A stretch of DNA of 64,000 nucleotides, taken from Lachnospiraceae bacterium (GTDB taxonomy: Bacteria; Bacillota; Clostridia; Lachnospirales; Lachnospiraceae). The stretch covers positions 4,327 through 68,326 of the forward strand of contig JBGZHY010000111.1 of assembly GCA_041848045.1 (NCBI GenBank), given 5' to 3'. The translations under genes and the position numbers were made by a program. Within the stretch, counting starts at the first letter, position 1; each line of letters opens with the position of its first letter. The notes beneath the pieces are model-generated. The model worked only from the letters and a program-made list of their open reading frames with translations. It did no database searches and was not told the origin of the DNA. Of the stretch, positions 17,843 to 28,982 are shown piece by piece.

Positions 17843-18898
17843 ATGCAAAAAAATGTAAGAAAAATGGTAATGGCAGTCTGTGGTATCATCACAGCATTTG
17901 CACTGACAGCATGTGCGGGCACAACGACAACAACGACAACAACAGCGGCGGCAGCGGAAACGACGACAGCGGCGGCAGGGGAAACAACGGCAGCCGGTGA
18001 AAGCACTACGGCAGCCGCGACAGGAGAGAAAATTGTTGTAGGCTATGTTATCAACAACTTAAACGACACCTTCCAGACCTATATTCTGGAGGCGGCACAA
18101 AAGTACGCGGCGGAAAACAATATTGAGATTTCCGTTATGGACAGCCAGGAAGATACAATTAAGCAGCAAGACCTTGTAAATTCACTGATTGAGAAGGGCG
18201 TGGCAGGTTTGATTGTGGTTCCTACGGATACCAGTGCGATGGCGCCGATTACCAAGGCTGCACAGGATGCGGGTATTCCGCTGGTGTATGTAAACAGAAA
18301 CCCTTATGCGGGACAGGAAGATACGATTCCGGACAATGTATTCTATGTAGGCTCCAATGAGAAGTCAGGCGGAGAGATGCAGATGAACTACATCGGCGAG
18401 AAAATCGGCGGAGAAGGCGGAGTGGCAATCCTGTTGGGTATCCTTGGAAACGAGGCGACCACAAAGAGAACCGAAGGTGTGGAGGAAGTGATTTCCACGA
18501 CATATCCGAATGTTAAGGTTCTGGCAAAGGAAACCGGAAACTGGCAAAGAGATCAGGGACTTTCCATTACCGAGAACTATATTACAACCTACGGCGATGA
18601 GCTGAAGGCGGTGATTGCCAATAACGATGAGATGGCGCTTGGTGCGATTCAGGCTCTGAAGAACAACAATATGCTGGATAAGGTGGCGGTAGCCGGTTTG
18701 GATGCGATTCCGGATGCGCTTACGGCAGTAGAGGAAGGAACTTTGACCTGTACGGTATTCCAGGATGCAAACGGCCAGGGCGGCACTTCCATCAAGATTT
18801 TGCACGATACAATCCAGGGTAATCCTCCGGCAGAGAAAGTGGAATACATTCCGTTCCAGCTTGTAACAAAGGAGAATGTTGCGGACTTCAAAAAATAA
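17843..18898 (+). CDS. sugar (probably inositol) ABC transporter substrate-binding lipoprotein
   Basis: Lipobox LTAC, Thr/Ala-rich linker, then ribose/inositol-type PBP motifs (VVGYVINNLNDTF, GLIVVPTD, IPLVYVNR, ANNDEMALGAIQAL). Located inside the iol operon. Confidence 0.85.
   Translation: MQKNVRKMVMAVCGIITAFALTACAGTTTTTTTTAAAAETTTAAAGETTAAGESTTAAATGEKIVVGYVINNLNDTFQTYILEAAQKYAAENNIEISVMDSQEDTIKQQDLVNSLIEKGVAGLIVVPTDTSAMAPITKAAQDAGIPLVYVNRNPYAGQEDTIPDNVFYVGSNEKSGGEMQMNYIGEKIGGEGGVAILLGILGNEATTKRTEGVEEVISTTYPNVKVLAKETGNWQRDQGLSITENYITTYGDELKAVIANNDEMALGAIQALKNNNMLDKVAVAGLDAIPDALTAVEEGTLTCTVFQDANGQGGTSIKILHDTIQGNPPAEKVEYIPFQLVTKENVADFKK
17915..18026 (+). repeat. low-complexity Thr/Ala/Glu linker-coding repeat
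   Basis: Encodes AGTTTTTTTTAAAAETTTAAAGETTAAGESTTAAATGE; same style of linker as the mglB-like gene. Confidence 0.8.
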
Positions 18899-18927
18899 GC
18901 CTGCAGGATAGCGGAGAGAAGACATAA

Positions 18928-18952
18928 AGGGGGACCCGTCAAAGGTCCCCTT
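18928..18952 (+). other. stem-loop after substrate-binding-protein gene (mRNA-stabilising/attenuating hairpin candidate)
   Basis: GGGGACC (18930-18936) / GGTCCCC (18944-18950) plus two outer pairs, 7-nt loop, no T-run. Confidence 0.45.
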
Positions 18953-19011
18953 AAGATTTCATAAGAGCCGCAAAAAGGCGAAAAGACTGATAAAAAGTAG
19001 GAGAACGGTGG

Positions 19012-20511
19012 ATGGAAACAAGAGAGATACTGAGAATGGAAAATATATCAAAGACATTTCCGGGTGTTCGGGCTTTAAAATCCGTGAATTTTACGCTGAA
19101 CAGTGGAGAGGTACATGCACTTGTGGGTGAGAACGGTGCGGGCAAATCCACCCTTATGAAATGCTTGATCGGAATACAACCTCCTACGGAGGGGACGATA
19201 TGGTATGATGGCAAAACCATCAGCCACTACGATACGGAAAAGGCGCTGAAGATGGGAATTTCGATGATTCATCAGGAGCTCAGCCCGATAGAACACAGAA
19301 CCATCAGCGAAAATATCTGGCTCGGCAGAGAGCCGGTCAACGGGCTGGGGCTTATTGACTACAAGAAGATGCATGAAATGACCCGAAAGATTCTGGCGGA
19401 GGTTGACCTTAATGAGAAGCCGACCCAGCTGATGAAGAATCTGACGGTTGCCAAGATTCAGATGATAGAGATTGCCAAGGCGATTTCTTATGACGCAAAG
19501 ATTATCATTATGGATGAACCGACTTCCGCCTTGACGGATAAAGAGGTTGCACAGCTTTACAGCATCATCAGGCGTTTAAAGTCGGAAAACAGAAGCATTA
19601 TTTACATATCCCACAAGCTGGATGAGATTTACGAGATTTGTGACAAGGTAACCGTATTCAGAGATGGCGAGCTGATCGGCAGCAGGGATATTCGGGACAT
19701 TCAGGTGGATGAGATGATTCGGATGATGGTGGGACGAGAGGTCAGCAATCTGTATCCGAAGAAGGAATGTCAAAGGGGAGAGGCCATTTTGGAAGTGCAG
19801 GGTCTTTCCGACGGAAAAGAGTTTTTTGATGTGGAATTTAAGGCGCACAGGGGAGAGATTCTCGGCTTTGCGGGGCTGGTGGGCTCCGGACGCACGCAGA
19901 TTATGGAAACCATTTTCGGTGCAAGACACAAGGCAAGCGGTACCGTTAAGATAAAGGGCAAGGAAGTCGATATCAAAACGCCGGTGGATGCAATCGCCCA
20001 CGGCTTGGCGCTTTTGACGGAGGACAGACGCCAGACCGGTATCTTCCCGATGCTGACGGTGCATTACAATACAATATGCAGCAATATAGATAAGTACGTG
20101 AAAACCGGATTCCTGGATTACGGGATGATGGATAAGGATGTGGCGGAGTATATACGCTCCATTAACATCAAAACCCCGTCCGCCAAAGCGCTGATACAGA
20201 ATTTAAGCGGCGGAAACCAGCAGAAGGTACTGATTGCCCGCTGGCTTTTGACTCAGCCGGATATTCTGATTCTGGACGAGCCTACCAGAGGTATCGATGT
20301 AGGTGCAAAGGCGGAGATTTACGGCTTGATTTCCGAGCTGGCGGCACAGGGAAAATGTGTCATTATGATTTCTTCGGAGCTGCCGGAAATCATCGGTATG
20401 AGCGACAGGGTTATCGTGATGCACGAGGGCAGAGTCAGCGGAGAGCTGAGCCGTGCGGAGCTTGACCAGGAGCTTTTGATGACCTATGCAACAGGAAAAA
20501 ACAAGAGATAA
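19012..20511 (+). CDS. sugar ABC transporter ATP-binding protein, duplicated ATPase
   Basis: Walker A GENGAGKST, Walker B IIIMDEPTS. Second half LSGGNQQK and ILILDEPTRGID. Confidence 0.9.
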   Translation: METREILRMENISKTFPGVRALKSVNFTLNSGEVHALVGENGAGKSTLMKCLIGIQPPTEGTIWYDGKTISHYDTEKALKMGISMIHQELSPIEHRTISENIWLGREPVNGLGLIDYKKMHEMTRKILAEVDLNEKPTQLMKNLTVAKIQMIEIAKAISYDAKIIIMDEPTSALTDKEVAQLYSIIRRLKSENRSIIYISHKLDEIYEICDKVTVFRDGELIGSRDIRDIQVDEMIRMMVGREVSNLYPKKECQRGEAILEVQGLSDGKEFFDVEFKAHRGEILGFAGLVGSGRTQIMETIFGARHKASGTVKIKGKEVDIKTPVDAIAHGLALLTEDRRQTGIFPMLTVHYNTICSNIDKYVKTGFLDYGMMDKDVAEYIRSINIKTPSAKALIQNLSGGNQQKVLIARWLLTQPDILILDEPTRGIDVGAKAEIYGLISELAAQGKCVIMISSELPEIIGMSDRVIVMHEGRVSGELSRAELDQELLMTYATGKNKR

Positions 20512-20524
20512 GAGGAGATACGGA

Positions 20525-21556
20525 ATGGAAAACAAAACGATAAATCCTGCACCGACAGGAAACGAAAAGCAGTCTGTGGACAAGGCGGCGGTGATGTCCT
20601 TTATCAACAAGTACGGCATCGTGCTGATTTTGGTGGTCATGGTGGTGGCAATCTCCATCAAAGAACCGAAGTTTTTGAGCATCAACAATATTATGAACCT
20701 GTTGACCCAAAGCTCCATGTACGGTATTTTGGCGCTGGGTCTGCTCTTGGTCATCATATCCAAGGGCATTGACTTGTCCGTGGGCTCCGTGCTGGCTTTT
20801 TCCGCAGTGGTAACGGCAAGCTTCGGACAGTTGGCGGATGCCACCTCCAAAATCAGACCGGATGCACCGATGCTGCCGATTTTTGTCAGCGTATTGCTTG
20901 CCATCGGCATCGGCGCTTTGTGCGGCTATATTAACGGAAGTCTGATTGCCCGTACGGGTATTCCGGCATTTATCGCAACCCTCGGTATGTACACGGCGGC
21001 AAGAGGTGCGGCGCTGATGTATACCGCAGGAAAGCCTGTGAGCAACCTGAATCCGGCATTTAATTTCTTCGGCGGAAAGCTGTTTAACACAGTTCCGGTG
21101 CCGGTGGTCATTTACATCATTATCATCATCATTACCTTTATTTTGCTGAAATACACCCGTTTCGGCGCCAGTGTTTATGCCATCGGCGGCAATATCCATG
21201 CGGCGGAGATTTCCGGTATTAAGGTAAAGAAAAACATCGCTTTGATTTATATGTATTCCGGTATTCTGGCAGGCGTTTGCGCCCTGATTTCCATCGGCAG
21301 AACGGGAAGCACCCAGCCGACGGTGGGAACCGGATGGGAGCTGATTGCCATTGCGGCGACCACCATAGGCGGAACCAGCCATTCCGGCGGTATCGGTACG
21401 GTGTGGGGCACCATTGTGGGTACTTTGATTTTGGGTGTGATCACCAACGGTTTTACCCTGCTCTCCGTAAATGCATATCTCCAGAACATTATTCAGGGCT
21501 TGATTATCGTAGGTGCGGTTATCTTTGATATGAGAAAGAACAGAAAGAAGGCGTAA
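20525..21556 (+). CDS. sugar ABC transporter permease (RbsC family)
   Basis: ATG 20525 preceded by AGAGGAGA (track ORF begins at 20486 inside the ATPase gene). Conserved TRFGASVYAIGGNIHAAEISGIKV loop. Confidence 0.88.
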   Translation: MENKTINPAPTGNEKQSVDKAAVMSFINKYGIVLILVVMVVAISIKEPKFLSINNIMNLLTQSSMYGILALGLLLVIISKGIDLSVGSVLAFSAVVTASFGQLADATSKIRPDAPMLPIFVSVLLAIGIGALCGYINGSLIARTGIPAFIATLGMYTAARGAALMYTAGKPVSNLNPAFNFFGGKLFNTVPVPVVIYIIIIIITFILLKYTRFGASVYAIGGNIHAAEISGIKVKKNIALIYMYSGILAGVCALISIGRTGSTQPTVGTGWELIAIAATTIGGTSHSGGIGTVWGTIVGTLILGVITNGFTLLSVNAYLQNIIQGLIIVGAVIFDMRKNRKKA

Positions 21557-21560
21557 AGTA

Positions 21561-22577
21561 ATGAGAAAAATAAGAGTAGGACATATCGGCTTGGGAAGAT
21601 TGGGCAGGCAGCATGCGTACAATTTAAGATTCCGTCTGCAGGACGCGGAGCTTGCGGCGCTCTGTGACATTGATGAGAAGGCGCTGCAAAAGTGTAAGGA
21701 AGAATGGGGCATCGAAAAAATATATACGGATTATGCCGAGATGGTAAAAGATGAAAGCTTGGATGCCGTTTCCATCAGCTCTCCTTCCGGCCTGCACTGC
21801 AGACAGATTGAGCTGGCTTTGGAGCAGGGAAAGCATATTTTCTGCGAGAAACCTCTGGGAGTTACGGTGGAGGAGTGTGAGTATCTGGTGGAGCTGGAGA
21901 AAAAATATCCGAATCTGATTATTATGCCGGGCTTTATGCGGAGATTCGACCCTTCCTACAAAGACGCCAAGGAAAGAATCGACAGGGGGGAAATCGGCAA
22001 ACCTTTCATGGTCAGAAGCTACAGCCAGGACCCGGTGCGGGACATTGCCGGTGCGATTGCCTATGCGCCCCACAGCGGCGGTGAGTTTTTGGATATGTGC
22101 GTCCACGACATTGATTTGTGCCGCTGGTTTTTGGGAGCGGAGGCGGTGGAAGCCTATGCCATCGGCGGCTGTTATGCCTTTGAAGAATTTGCAAAGTATA
22201 ATGACGGGGACAATGTATCCTGCCTGATGAAATTTGACAATGATGCGATGGCATTTTTATTTGCAGGAAGAACGGCGCCGCACGGCTATAATGTGGAAAC
22301 GGAGATTATCGGCACGGAGGGTATTTTGCGCATTGCCAATGTACCGCAGAAAAACCTTTTGGAGATTTTGGATGCAAGCGGTGTGCGAAAGGAATGCAGC
22401 CAAAACTTCCTGGAGCGTTTTGAAGTAGCATACGTAAAGGAGATGGAGGAGTTTTTGCGCTGCGTGATCAGCGGCGAGAAGCCATCTCTGGGCGTGTATG
22501 ACGGCGCACAGGCTGCGAAAATAGCCTACGCCTGCAAGGAGTCATTTGAAACAAAGACCTTAAAGAAGATGGGATAG
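21561..22577 (+). CDS. Gfo/Idh/MocA oxidoreductase, inositol dehydrogenase paralog (possibly scyllo- or chiro-inositol specific)
   Basis: Rossmann GHIGLGRLGRQH, FCEKP motif; clearly paralogous to the second iolG-like gene. Confidence 0.75.
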   Translation: MRKIRVGHIGLGRLGRQHAYNLRFRLQDAELAALCDIDEKALQKCKEEWGIEKIYTDYAEMVKDESLDAVSISSPSGLHCRQIELALEQGKHIFCEKPLGVTVEECEYLVELEKKYPNLIIMPGFMRRFDPSYKDAKERIDRGEIGKPFMVRSYSQDPVRDIAGAIAYAPHSGGEFLDMCVHDIDLCRWFLGAEAVEAYAIGGCYAFEEFAKYNDGDNVSCLMKFDNDAMAFLFAGRTAPHGYNVETEIIGTEGILRIANVPQKNLLEILDASGVRKECSQNFLERFEVAYVKEMEEFLRCVISGEKPSLGVYDGAQAAKIAYACKESFETKTLKKMG

Positions 22578-22587
22578 GAGAAAAGCA

Positions 22588-23598
22588 ATGAAATATGTGG
22601 AATTTGACCAAAGCAGAGAGTTTGACCTGATACTGATGGGGCGTGTGGCGATTGACTTTAATCCGGTGGATTATTTCAAGACTCTGGCGGAAAGTCAGAC
22701 CTATAAGAAGTATGTGGGAGGATCTCCTGCCAATATTGCGGTGGGTATGGCAAGACTGGGCAAGAAAATAGGCTTTATCGCCAGGGTATCGGATGACCGC
22801 TTCGGTGATTTTGTTATAGATTATTTTCAGAAAGAGGGCATTGATACCGGCGCCATCAAAAGAGCCGAGAAAGGCGAAAAGCTGGGACTGACATTTACGG
22901 AGATTTTAAGTCCGGATGAGAGCAGTATTCTGATGTACAGAAATATGGCGGCAGATCTTGCGCTGGAGCCGGAGGATGTGAGCCAGGAGTATATTGCAAG
23001 AGGAAAAGCCCTCCTGATTTCCGGAACGGCGCTGTGCGAATCTCCTTCCAGAGAGGCTTGCCTGAAAGCCTTACAGTTTGCCAAGAATACCGACACGCCG
23101 GTTATCTTTGACATTGATTACAGACCGTATAACTGGAAAAATAAGGATGAGATTGCCATTTATTATTCCATTGTGGCAAGGGACAGCGCCATTATTCTGG
23201 GCTCCAAGGAGGAATACGAGCTGACCCAGAGCCTGATCAAGCCGGGCTTAAGTGATGAGGAAACGGCGGCTTTATGGGAAAATGCAAAGATTGTCATCAT
23301 CAAGCACGGCAAGAAGGGCTCTACGGCTTATACCAAGGACGGACAGAGCTATTCCATCAAACCTTTCCCGGTAACGGCATTGAAGTCCTTCGGGGGCGGT
23401 GACGGCTATGCAAGTGCTTTCCTGTATGCTATTATGGAAGGCTATGAGATGCATGACGCCCTGGAGCTGGGAAGTGCCAGCGCATCCATGCTGGTATCCA
23501 GCCACGGATGCTCCGAGGATATGCCGTCGGTGGAAGCCATCAAGGAGTTTATCAAGGCAAAGAAGGCGGAGTACGGCGAGAGCGTCAGCAGAGCGTAA
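22588..23598 (+). CDS. iolC: 5-dehydro-2-deoxygluconokinase
   Basis: PfkB family (GGSPANIAVGMARLG; GGGDGYASAFL). N-terminus FDLILMGRVAIDFNP typical of IolC. Confidence 0.88.
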   Translation: MKYVEFDQSREFDLILMGRVAIDFNPVDYFKTLAESQTYKKYVGGSPANIAVGMARLGKKIGFIARVSDDRFGDFVIDYFQKEGIDTGAIKRAEKGEKLGLTFTEILSPDESSILMYRNMAADLALEPEDVSQEYIARGKALLISGTALCESPSREACLKALQFAKNTDTPVIFDIDYRPYNWKNKDEIAIYYSIVARDSAIILGSKEEYELTQSLIKPGLSDEETAALWENAKIVIIKHGKKGSTAYTKDGQSYSIKPFPVTALKSFGGGDGYASAFLYAIMEGYEMHDALELGSASASMLVSSHGCSEDMPSVEAIKEFIKAKKAEYGESVSRA

Positions 23599-23619
23599 GA
23601 AAGAATGCGAGGAGAGAAT

Positions 23620-25536
23620 ATGAGCGGTATAAAGATGACGGTCGGTCAGGCTATCGTGAAGTTTTTGGATAATCAGTATGTCTTGTCGGAGGGCAGGGAA
23701 AATAAGTTTGTAGACGGCATATTTACGATATTCGGACATGGAAATGTGGTAGGACTCGGGCAGGCACTGGAGGAAAATCCGGGGAGCCTGCGGGTTTACC
23801 AGGGAAGAAACGAACAGGGCATGGCACATGTGGCAACGGCTTACGCCAAGCAGCACAACAGAAAGAGAATCATTGCCGTGACCTCATCCGTGGGACCGGG
23901 AGCCGCCAATATGGTGACGGCGGCGGCAACGGCGACGGTAAACTGCATACCTTTGCTGTTGTTTCCGGGGGATGTATTCTCTACCAGACAGCCGAATCCC
24001 GTGCTGCAGCAACTGGAAGTACCCCAGAGCCTGAGCCTCAGCACCAATGACGCTTTTCGTCCGGTGTGCAGGTATTTTGACAGAATTGAAAGACCGGAGC
24101 AGTTGATGACGGCGCTGATACAGGCAATGCGTGTGCTGACCTCCCCGGCGGATACGGGAGCGGTGTGCATTGCTCTGCCTCAGGACGTGCAGGGAGAAAG
24201 CTACAGCTTTCCGGAAGCGTTTTTTGCAAAGCGGGTGCATGCCATTCGCAGGGCGGAGCCGGTAAGAGAGGAGCTTGCCGCAGCGCTGGAGAAGATCAAG
24301 GCAGCCAAGAAGCCGATGTTTATCTGCGGCGGCGGTGTACGTTATTCCGAGGCGGGGCATTTGCTGGGAGAAATGGCGAAGAAATACGGTATTGCCATCG
24401 GGGAAACCCAGGCGGGCAAAAGCGCCTTGGAAAGCAGCAACCCCTGGAATATGGGCGGCATCGGCGTGACCGGCAACAGTGCGGCGAACAAGGCGGCGGA
24501 GAGTGCCGATTTGATTATTGCCGTGGGCAGCAGACTGAGTGATTTTACCACCTCATCCAAGTCCGGATTCTTAAAAGCGGGGCTTTTGAACATCAATGTA
24601 TCGGATTTTCATGCGCTGAAGCTGGATGCGCAGACCTTGGTGGCGGATGCCAGGCGTGCCCTGGAGGAAATCGACAAGGGGCTGGAGGGTTATCGCAGCG
24701 CCTGGGGAGAGGAAGCCTTCGGGTATAAGAAGGAGTGGGAAGAAATCTATGCAAAGCTTGCCGCTTATCGTTATGATGAGAACTTCCGGCCGATTGTGCA
24801 GCGCAGAAATGAAAGCAGCATTGCGGAATTTGTGGAGCTGACGGGAGGAGAGCTGACCCAGACGGCGGCGCTTGCGGCGATTCGTGAAGCGCTGGATGAG
24901 GATGCCGTCATCTGCGGCGCATCCGGAAGCCTGCCGGGCTGTCTGCAAAGGATGTGGACGACGGACAGTATTGACAGCTATCATATGGAGTACGGCTATT
25001 CCTGTATGGGTTATGAGATTGCCGCAGCCCTGGGGGCAAAGCTTGCCGAACCGGACAAAGAGGTGTATGCGATGGTGGGCGACGGCAGCTTCCAAATGCT
25101 GCACAGCGAGTTTGCGACGGCATTGATGGAGCAAAAGAAGATTAACATTCTGTTGTTTGACAACTGCGGCTTCGGCTGTATCAACAATTTGCAGATGTCC
25201 CAGGGCATCGGCAGCCTGGCAACGGAATTTAGATACAGGGATGAAACGGGCAGATTAAACGGCGCTTTGGTACCGGTGGATTATGCCATGGTAGCGGCAG
25301 GGTACGGGGCAAAATCCTATACCGTCAGAAACATGGAAGAGTTGAAAGAGGCGCTTGCAGACAGCAAGAAGCAGAGGGTGAGCACCTTGATTGACATTAA
25401 AGTTTTGCCAAAGACAATGACGGGAGGCTACGGTGCATGGTGGCACGTAGGAATCGCTTCCGTCAGCGCTGCAGACAGCGTGAAGCAGGCTTATGCGGAG
25501 AAGGAAGAGCATTTGAGCAGAGCAAGAAAGTATTAG
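23620..25536 (+). CDS. iolD: 3D-(3,5/4)-trihydroxycyclohexane-1,2-dione acylhydrolase (decyclizing)
   Basis: TPP enzyme with GDGSFQML...LLFDNCGFG motif. N-terminus [15 protein letters not shown] as in IolD. ATG 23620 follows GAGGAGA. Confidence 0.9.
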   Translation: MSGIKMTVGQAIVKFLDNQYVLSEGRENKFVDGIFTIFGHGNVVGLGQALEENPGSLRVYQGRNEQGMAHVATAYAKQHNRKRIIAVTSSVGPGAANMVTAAATATVNCIPLLLFPGDVFSTRQPNPVLQQLEVPQSLSLSTNDAFRPVCRYFDRIERPEQLMTALIQAMRVLTSPADTGAVCIALPQDVQGESYSFPEAFFAKRVHAIRRAEPVREELAAALEKIKAAKKPMFICGGGVRYSEAGHLLGEMAKKYGIAIGETQAGKSALESSNPWNMGGIGVTGNSAANKAAESADLIIAVGSRLSDFTTSSKSGFLKAGLLNINVSDFHALKLDAQTLVADARRALEEIDKGLEGYRSAWGEEAFGYKKEWEEIYAKLAAYRYDENFRPIVQRRNESSIAEFVELTGGELTQTAALAAIREALDEDAVICGASGSLPGCLQRMWTTDSIDSYHMEYGYSCMGYEIAAALGAKLAEPDKEVYAMVGDGSFQMLHSEFATALMEQKKINILLFDNCGFGCINNLQMSQGIGSLATEFRYRDETGRLNGALVPVDYAMVAAGYGAKSYTVRNMEELKEALADSKKQRVSTLIDIKVLPKTMTGGYGAWWHVGIASVSAADSVKQAYAEKEEHLSRARKY

Positions 25537-25561
25537 TACACAGCGAGGAGGAAAAGAGATA

Positions 25562-27070
25562 ATGAGCGCGGAAAAGATGAAACTCTATATTAACGGAGAG
25601 TATAGACTGTCAGCGACAGAGGAGTACGTAGAAGTGGTGAATCCGAGTACCGGCGAGGTGGACGGACTTTCTCCCTGCGCAACCAAGGCGGAAGTGGAGG
25701 AAAGCATAGAAACGGCGCATGCCGCTTATCAAAGCTGGTCAAGGGTTCCTCTGGTAAAAAGAGTGCAGATTCTGCATAATGTCAGAAGGCTTTTGATTGA
25801 GCGTCTGGATGATCTGACCTTAATCTGTGCCAGGGAGCACGGTAAGGTATGGGAAGAAGCAAAGGGCGATGTGTTAAAGGCGATAGAGGGTACGGAATTG
25901 GCGATTACGGCACCGTCCGTGCTGATGGGAGAGTCCCTGATGGACGCTTCCCTGGGCTATGATACGGTGTCCTACCGAGAGTCTATCGGCGTGTTTGCGG
26001 GAGTATGTCCTTTTAATTTCCCGGCAATGATTCCGATGGGATGGATGGCACCTTGCTGTATCGTTTCCGGAAATACCATGGTGCTGAAGGTATCCAGCTC
26101 CACACCAAGAACGGCTATGGCAATTGCAGACATCTATAAAGAGGCAGGTCTGCCGGACGGCGTACTGAATATTATTTCCTGCAAGAGAACGGAAGCGGAT
26201 ATCTTCCTGACCCATCCCCTGGTTAAGGGCATTACCTTTGTAGGAAGCACCAAGGTGGGCAAGCATATTTATTCCGTAGCGGCTTCTCATGGCAAGCGCG
26301 TGCAGGCGCTCTGCGAGGCGAAGAACCATGCGCTGGTGCTGGAGGATGCGCCGATTGAGCGTACGGCGGCAGGCATTATCAACGCGGCATACGGCTGCGC
26401 GGGAGAAAGATGTATGGCACTGCCGGTGGTGGTGGTGCAGGAAAGCATTGCGGACAGTCTGGTAGAGGAATTAAAGAAGCAGGCTATGGGTCTGAAGCTG
26501 GGTCCTGCCTATGACAAGAGCTCCAAGCTGGGACCTGTGGTGAATAAGGCGCATAAGGCAAGGGTAGAAGGCTATATTGCCAAGGGCGTGGAGGAAGGCG
26601 CAAGCCTCATCCTGGACGGCAGAGGCAAAACGGTGGAAGGCTTTGAAAACGGCTTTTATTTAGGACCGACCATTTTTGACCATGTTACGGAGGATATGGT
26701 TATCGGCAGAGAAGAAATCTTCGGGCCGGTGCTGTGCGTAAAACGAGTAAAGAGCTTTGAAGAGGGCTTGAAAGTGATGAATGCCAGCCCGTTTGCAAAC
26801 GGCTCCGTTATCTTTACCCAGAGCGGTTATTATGCGAGAGAGTTCGCCAGAAATACAGACGGCGGAATGGTGGGCGTAAATGTAGGCATTCCGGTGCCGA
26901 TCGGATTTTTCTCCTTTACGGGACATAAGGACTCCTTCTTCGGTGATTTGCACTGCTTGGGCAAGGATGCCTTCCGTTTCTATACGGAGCAAAAGACCGT
27001 AACCACAAAATGGTTTACTAAGGAAGAAGCAAAATCCACGCAGGTAAGTACCTGGGACGGAACCATATAA
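25562..27070 (+). CDS. iolA: CoA-acylating (methyl)malonate-semialdehyde dehydrogenase
   Basis: Aldehyde dehydrogenase fold with catalytic-Cys region YGCAGERCMA and C-terminal FTGHKDSFFGD typical of MmsA/IolA. Confidence 0.9.
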   Translation: MSAEKMKLYINGEYRLSATEEYVEVVNPSTGEVDGLSPCATKAEVEESIETAHAAYQSWSRVPLVKRVQILHNVRRLLIERLDDLTLICAREHGKVWEEAKGDVLKAIEGTELAITAPSVLMGESLMDASLGYDTVSYRESIGVFAGVCPFNFPAMIPMGWMAPCCIVSGNTMVLKVSSSTPRTAMAIADIYKEAGLPDGVLNIISCKRTEADIFLTHPLVKGITFVGSTKVGKHIYSVAASHGKRVQALCEAKNHALVLEDAPIERTAAGIINAAYGCAGERCMALPVVVVQESIADSLVEELKKQAMGLKLGPAYDKSSKLGPVVNKAHKARVEGYIAKGVEEGASLILDGRGKTVEGFENGFYLGPTIFDHVTEDMVIGREEIFGPVLCVKRVKSFEEGLKVMNASPFANGSVIFTQSGYYAREFARNTDGGMVGVNVGIPVPIGFFSFTGHKDSFFGDLHCLGKDAFRFYTEQKTVTTKWFTKEEAKSTQVSTWDGTI

Positions 27071-27097
27071 AAACATACGATTAAGGAGGATAAAAAG

Positions 27098-28114
27098 GTG
27101 ATTAAAATAGGTGTAATCGGATTGGGAAGAATCGGCAAAGTGCATATCAACAGCATCGCAACCAGAATCGGCAAGGCAAAAGTTGTGGCGGCGGCGGATC
27201 CGTATCTGAATGATGAAATGATTGCTTTTGCAAAGGGCTTCGGCGTGGAAAATTTGAGTAAGGATTATCAGGAGATTATTGCCAATCCGGAAATTGATGC
27301 GGTATTGATTTGTTCCTCCACGGATACGCACGCTTTAATCAGTGCAGAGGCGATTCGTGCGGGTAAGCATGTGTTCTGCGAAAAGCCGGTGGATCACAGC
27401 CTTGAGAAAATCAAGATTGTGGAGGATGCGCTGAAGGAAAGACCGGTGAAGTTCCAGGTGGGCTTCAACAGAAGATATGATCACAACTTTGCCGCTATCC
27501 GCAAGGCTATTGAAGCGGGCAAAATCGGGGATGTGCATATTACCAAGATTACTTCCCGTGATCCGAACCCGCCAAGTGCGGAGTATGCGGCGGTATCCGG
27601 CGGTATGCTTTTGGATATGAGTATTCACGATTTTGATATGGTCAGATTTTTGACGGGAGCAGAGGCGGAGAGCATTTACGTGGAGCCGGCTGTTCTGGTG
27701 GATAAAGCCATCGGCGAGGCGGGGGATATCGACACTGCCATCATCACCATGAAGATGACGGACGGTTCCATTGCCATGATTGACAATTCCAGAAAAGCGG
27801 TATATGGTTATGACCAGAGAGCGGAGGTATTCGGCTCCAAGGGTATGGCGGCGAGCAAGAACGATACGGAATCCACCTGCGTAATCAGCGGTGAAGAGGG
27901 TATCATCGGCGAGAAGCCGTTGTACTTCTTCCTGGAAAGATATATGGACTCTTTTGCCAGAGAAGTATCCGAGTTTGTGGAAGCCATTATCCATGACTTG
28001 CCGATTAAGACCGGCATAGAGGCGGGACGCCAGTCCGTAGTGATGGCGCTGGCGGGCAACAAGTCCATCAAGGAAAAAAGAGTGGTAAAATTATCCGAAA
28101 TATACCAAGGATAG
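27098..28114 (+). CDS. iolG: inositol 2-dehydrogenase
   Basis: GTG start 8 nt after AAGGAGG. IGVIGLGRIGKVH Rossmann, FCEKP, FNRRYD motifs. Confidence 0.85.
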   Translation: MIKIGVIGLGRIGKVHINSIATRIGKAKVVAAADPYLNDEMIAFAKGFGVENLSKDYQEIIANPEIDAVLICSSTDTHALISAEAIRAGKHVFCEKPVDHSLEKIKIVEDALKERPVKFQVGFNRRYDHNFAAIRKAIEAGKIGDVHITKITSRDPNPPSAEYAAVSGGMLLDMSIHDFDMVRFLTGAEAESIYVEPAVLVDKAIGEAGDIDTAIITMKMTDGSIAMIDNSRKAVYGYDQRAEVFGSKGMAASKNDTESTCVISGEEGIIGEKPLYFFLERYMDSFAREVSEFVEAIIHDLPIKTGIEAGRQSVVMALAGNKSIKEKRVVKLSEIYQG

Positions 28115-28209
28115 TGCGGTAAAATAAAAAGCTTCCTTTCCCGATGCATCTTAATAGGGAGGTGTGTCGGGAAAGATATAAAAGCAAGTGCGGCAAAAGG
28201 AGCAGGAAG

Positions 28210-28968
28210 ATGAAAAGCTTGAGGAACGTAAGGCTGGATGAGATGGAAAAAATGGTTTTGGACAGAGGGACGGTGTCCTTAAAGGATCTGAGTGACTTTT
28301 TTCACATATCCATCAATACCGTAAGAAATGATGTGGAGAACATTGTGCAGAGGGGCAGGATACGCAAGGTATACGGCGGCGTGGCTACGCTTCCGTCGGA
28401 GAATGCTCTGCTGGAATACGGTGTGCGTGAGGACAAGAGTGCCGCGCTCAAAAGGCAGCTATGCAAAAAGGCGGCAAGGCTGATAGAGGACAACGACACG
28501 ATTTTTATTGATTCCGGAACCACCACCATTCATCTGGTGGAGCATTTGAAATACAAACAGAATCTGAAAGTGGTGACCAACAACATTGTGGCGATCAGTA
28601 TGCTGCTTTCCCTTGACCATATTCAGGTGACGGGCATAGGAGGCAGGGTCAACCCCAAAACAAAGTCCTTTGCCAGTGAAGAGAGTTTGAAGGTATTGGA
28701 GTATTACAATATACAAAAGGCATTTATGGCGGCTACGGCGGTGAATGTCAAAAACGGGGCGATGAATTCCGCTTTTGATGAGAGAAGCATCAAGAAAAGA
28801 ATGGTAGAAAAAGCGGAACAGGTGTATTTACTGGCGGACAGTACGAAATTCGGGAAAAGTGCCCTGTTAACGTATTGCGCATTAAAGGATTTAAACGCCA
28901 TTATTACGGATGATACCGCTTCGGATTATAAGCGGATACTGACGGAAAATGGCATAAAATGGATATGA
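28210..28968 (+). CDS. iolR: DeoR-family transcriptional repressor
   Basis: ATG 28210 is 7 nt after AAGGAG. DeoR HTH (VSLKDLSDFFHISINTVRNDVENIVQRGRIRKVYGG) plus sugar-phosphate-binding domain (IFIDSGTT). Confidence 0.85.
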   Translation: MKSLRNVRLDEMEKMVLDRGTVSLKDLSDFFHISINTVRNDVENIVQRGRIRKVYGGVATLPSENALLEYGVREDKSAALKRQLCKKAARLIEDNDTIFIDSGTTTIHLVEHLKYKQNLKVVTNNIVAISMLLSLDHIQVTGIGGRVNPKTKSFASEESLKVLEYYNIQKAFMAATAVNVKNGAMNSAFDERSIKKRMVEKAEQVYLLADSTKFGKSALLTYCALKDLNAIITDDTASDYKRILTENGIKWI

Positions 28969-28982
28969 TAAGGAGGCTTTCG

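Noticed and set aside
20435-21712. 425-aa minus-strand ORF, plus similar long antisense ORFs at 51935-53140 (401 aa), 17272-18006, 13401-13943 and 26660-27331.
   Set aside because: Each lies fully antisense to a well-supported gene with clear family motifs. They have Arg/His/Cys/Gln-rich low-complexity composition, no Shine-Dalgarno and no recognisable domains. This is typical shadow-ORF behaviour of codon-biased mid-GC genes.
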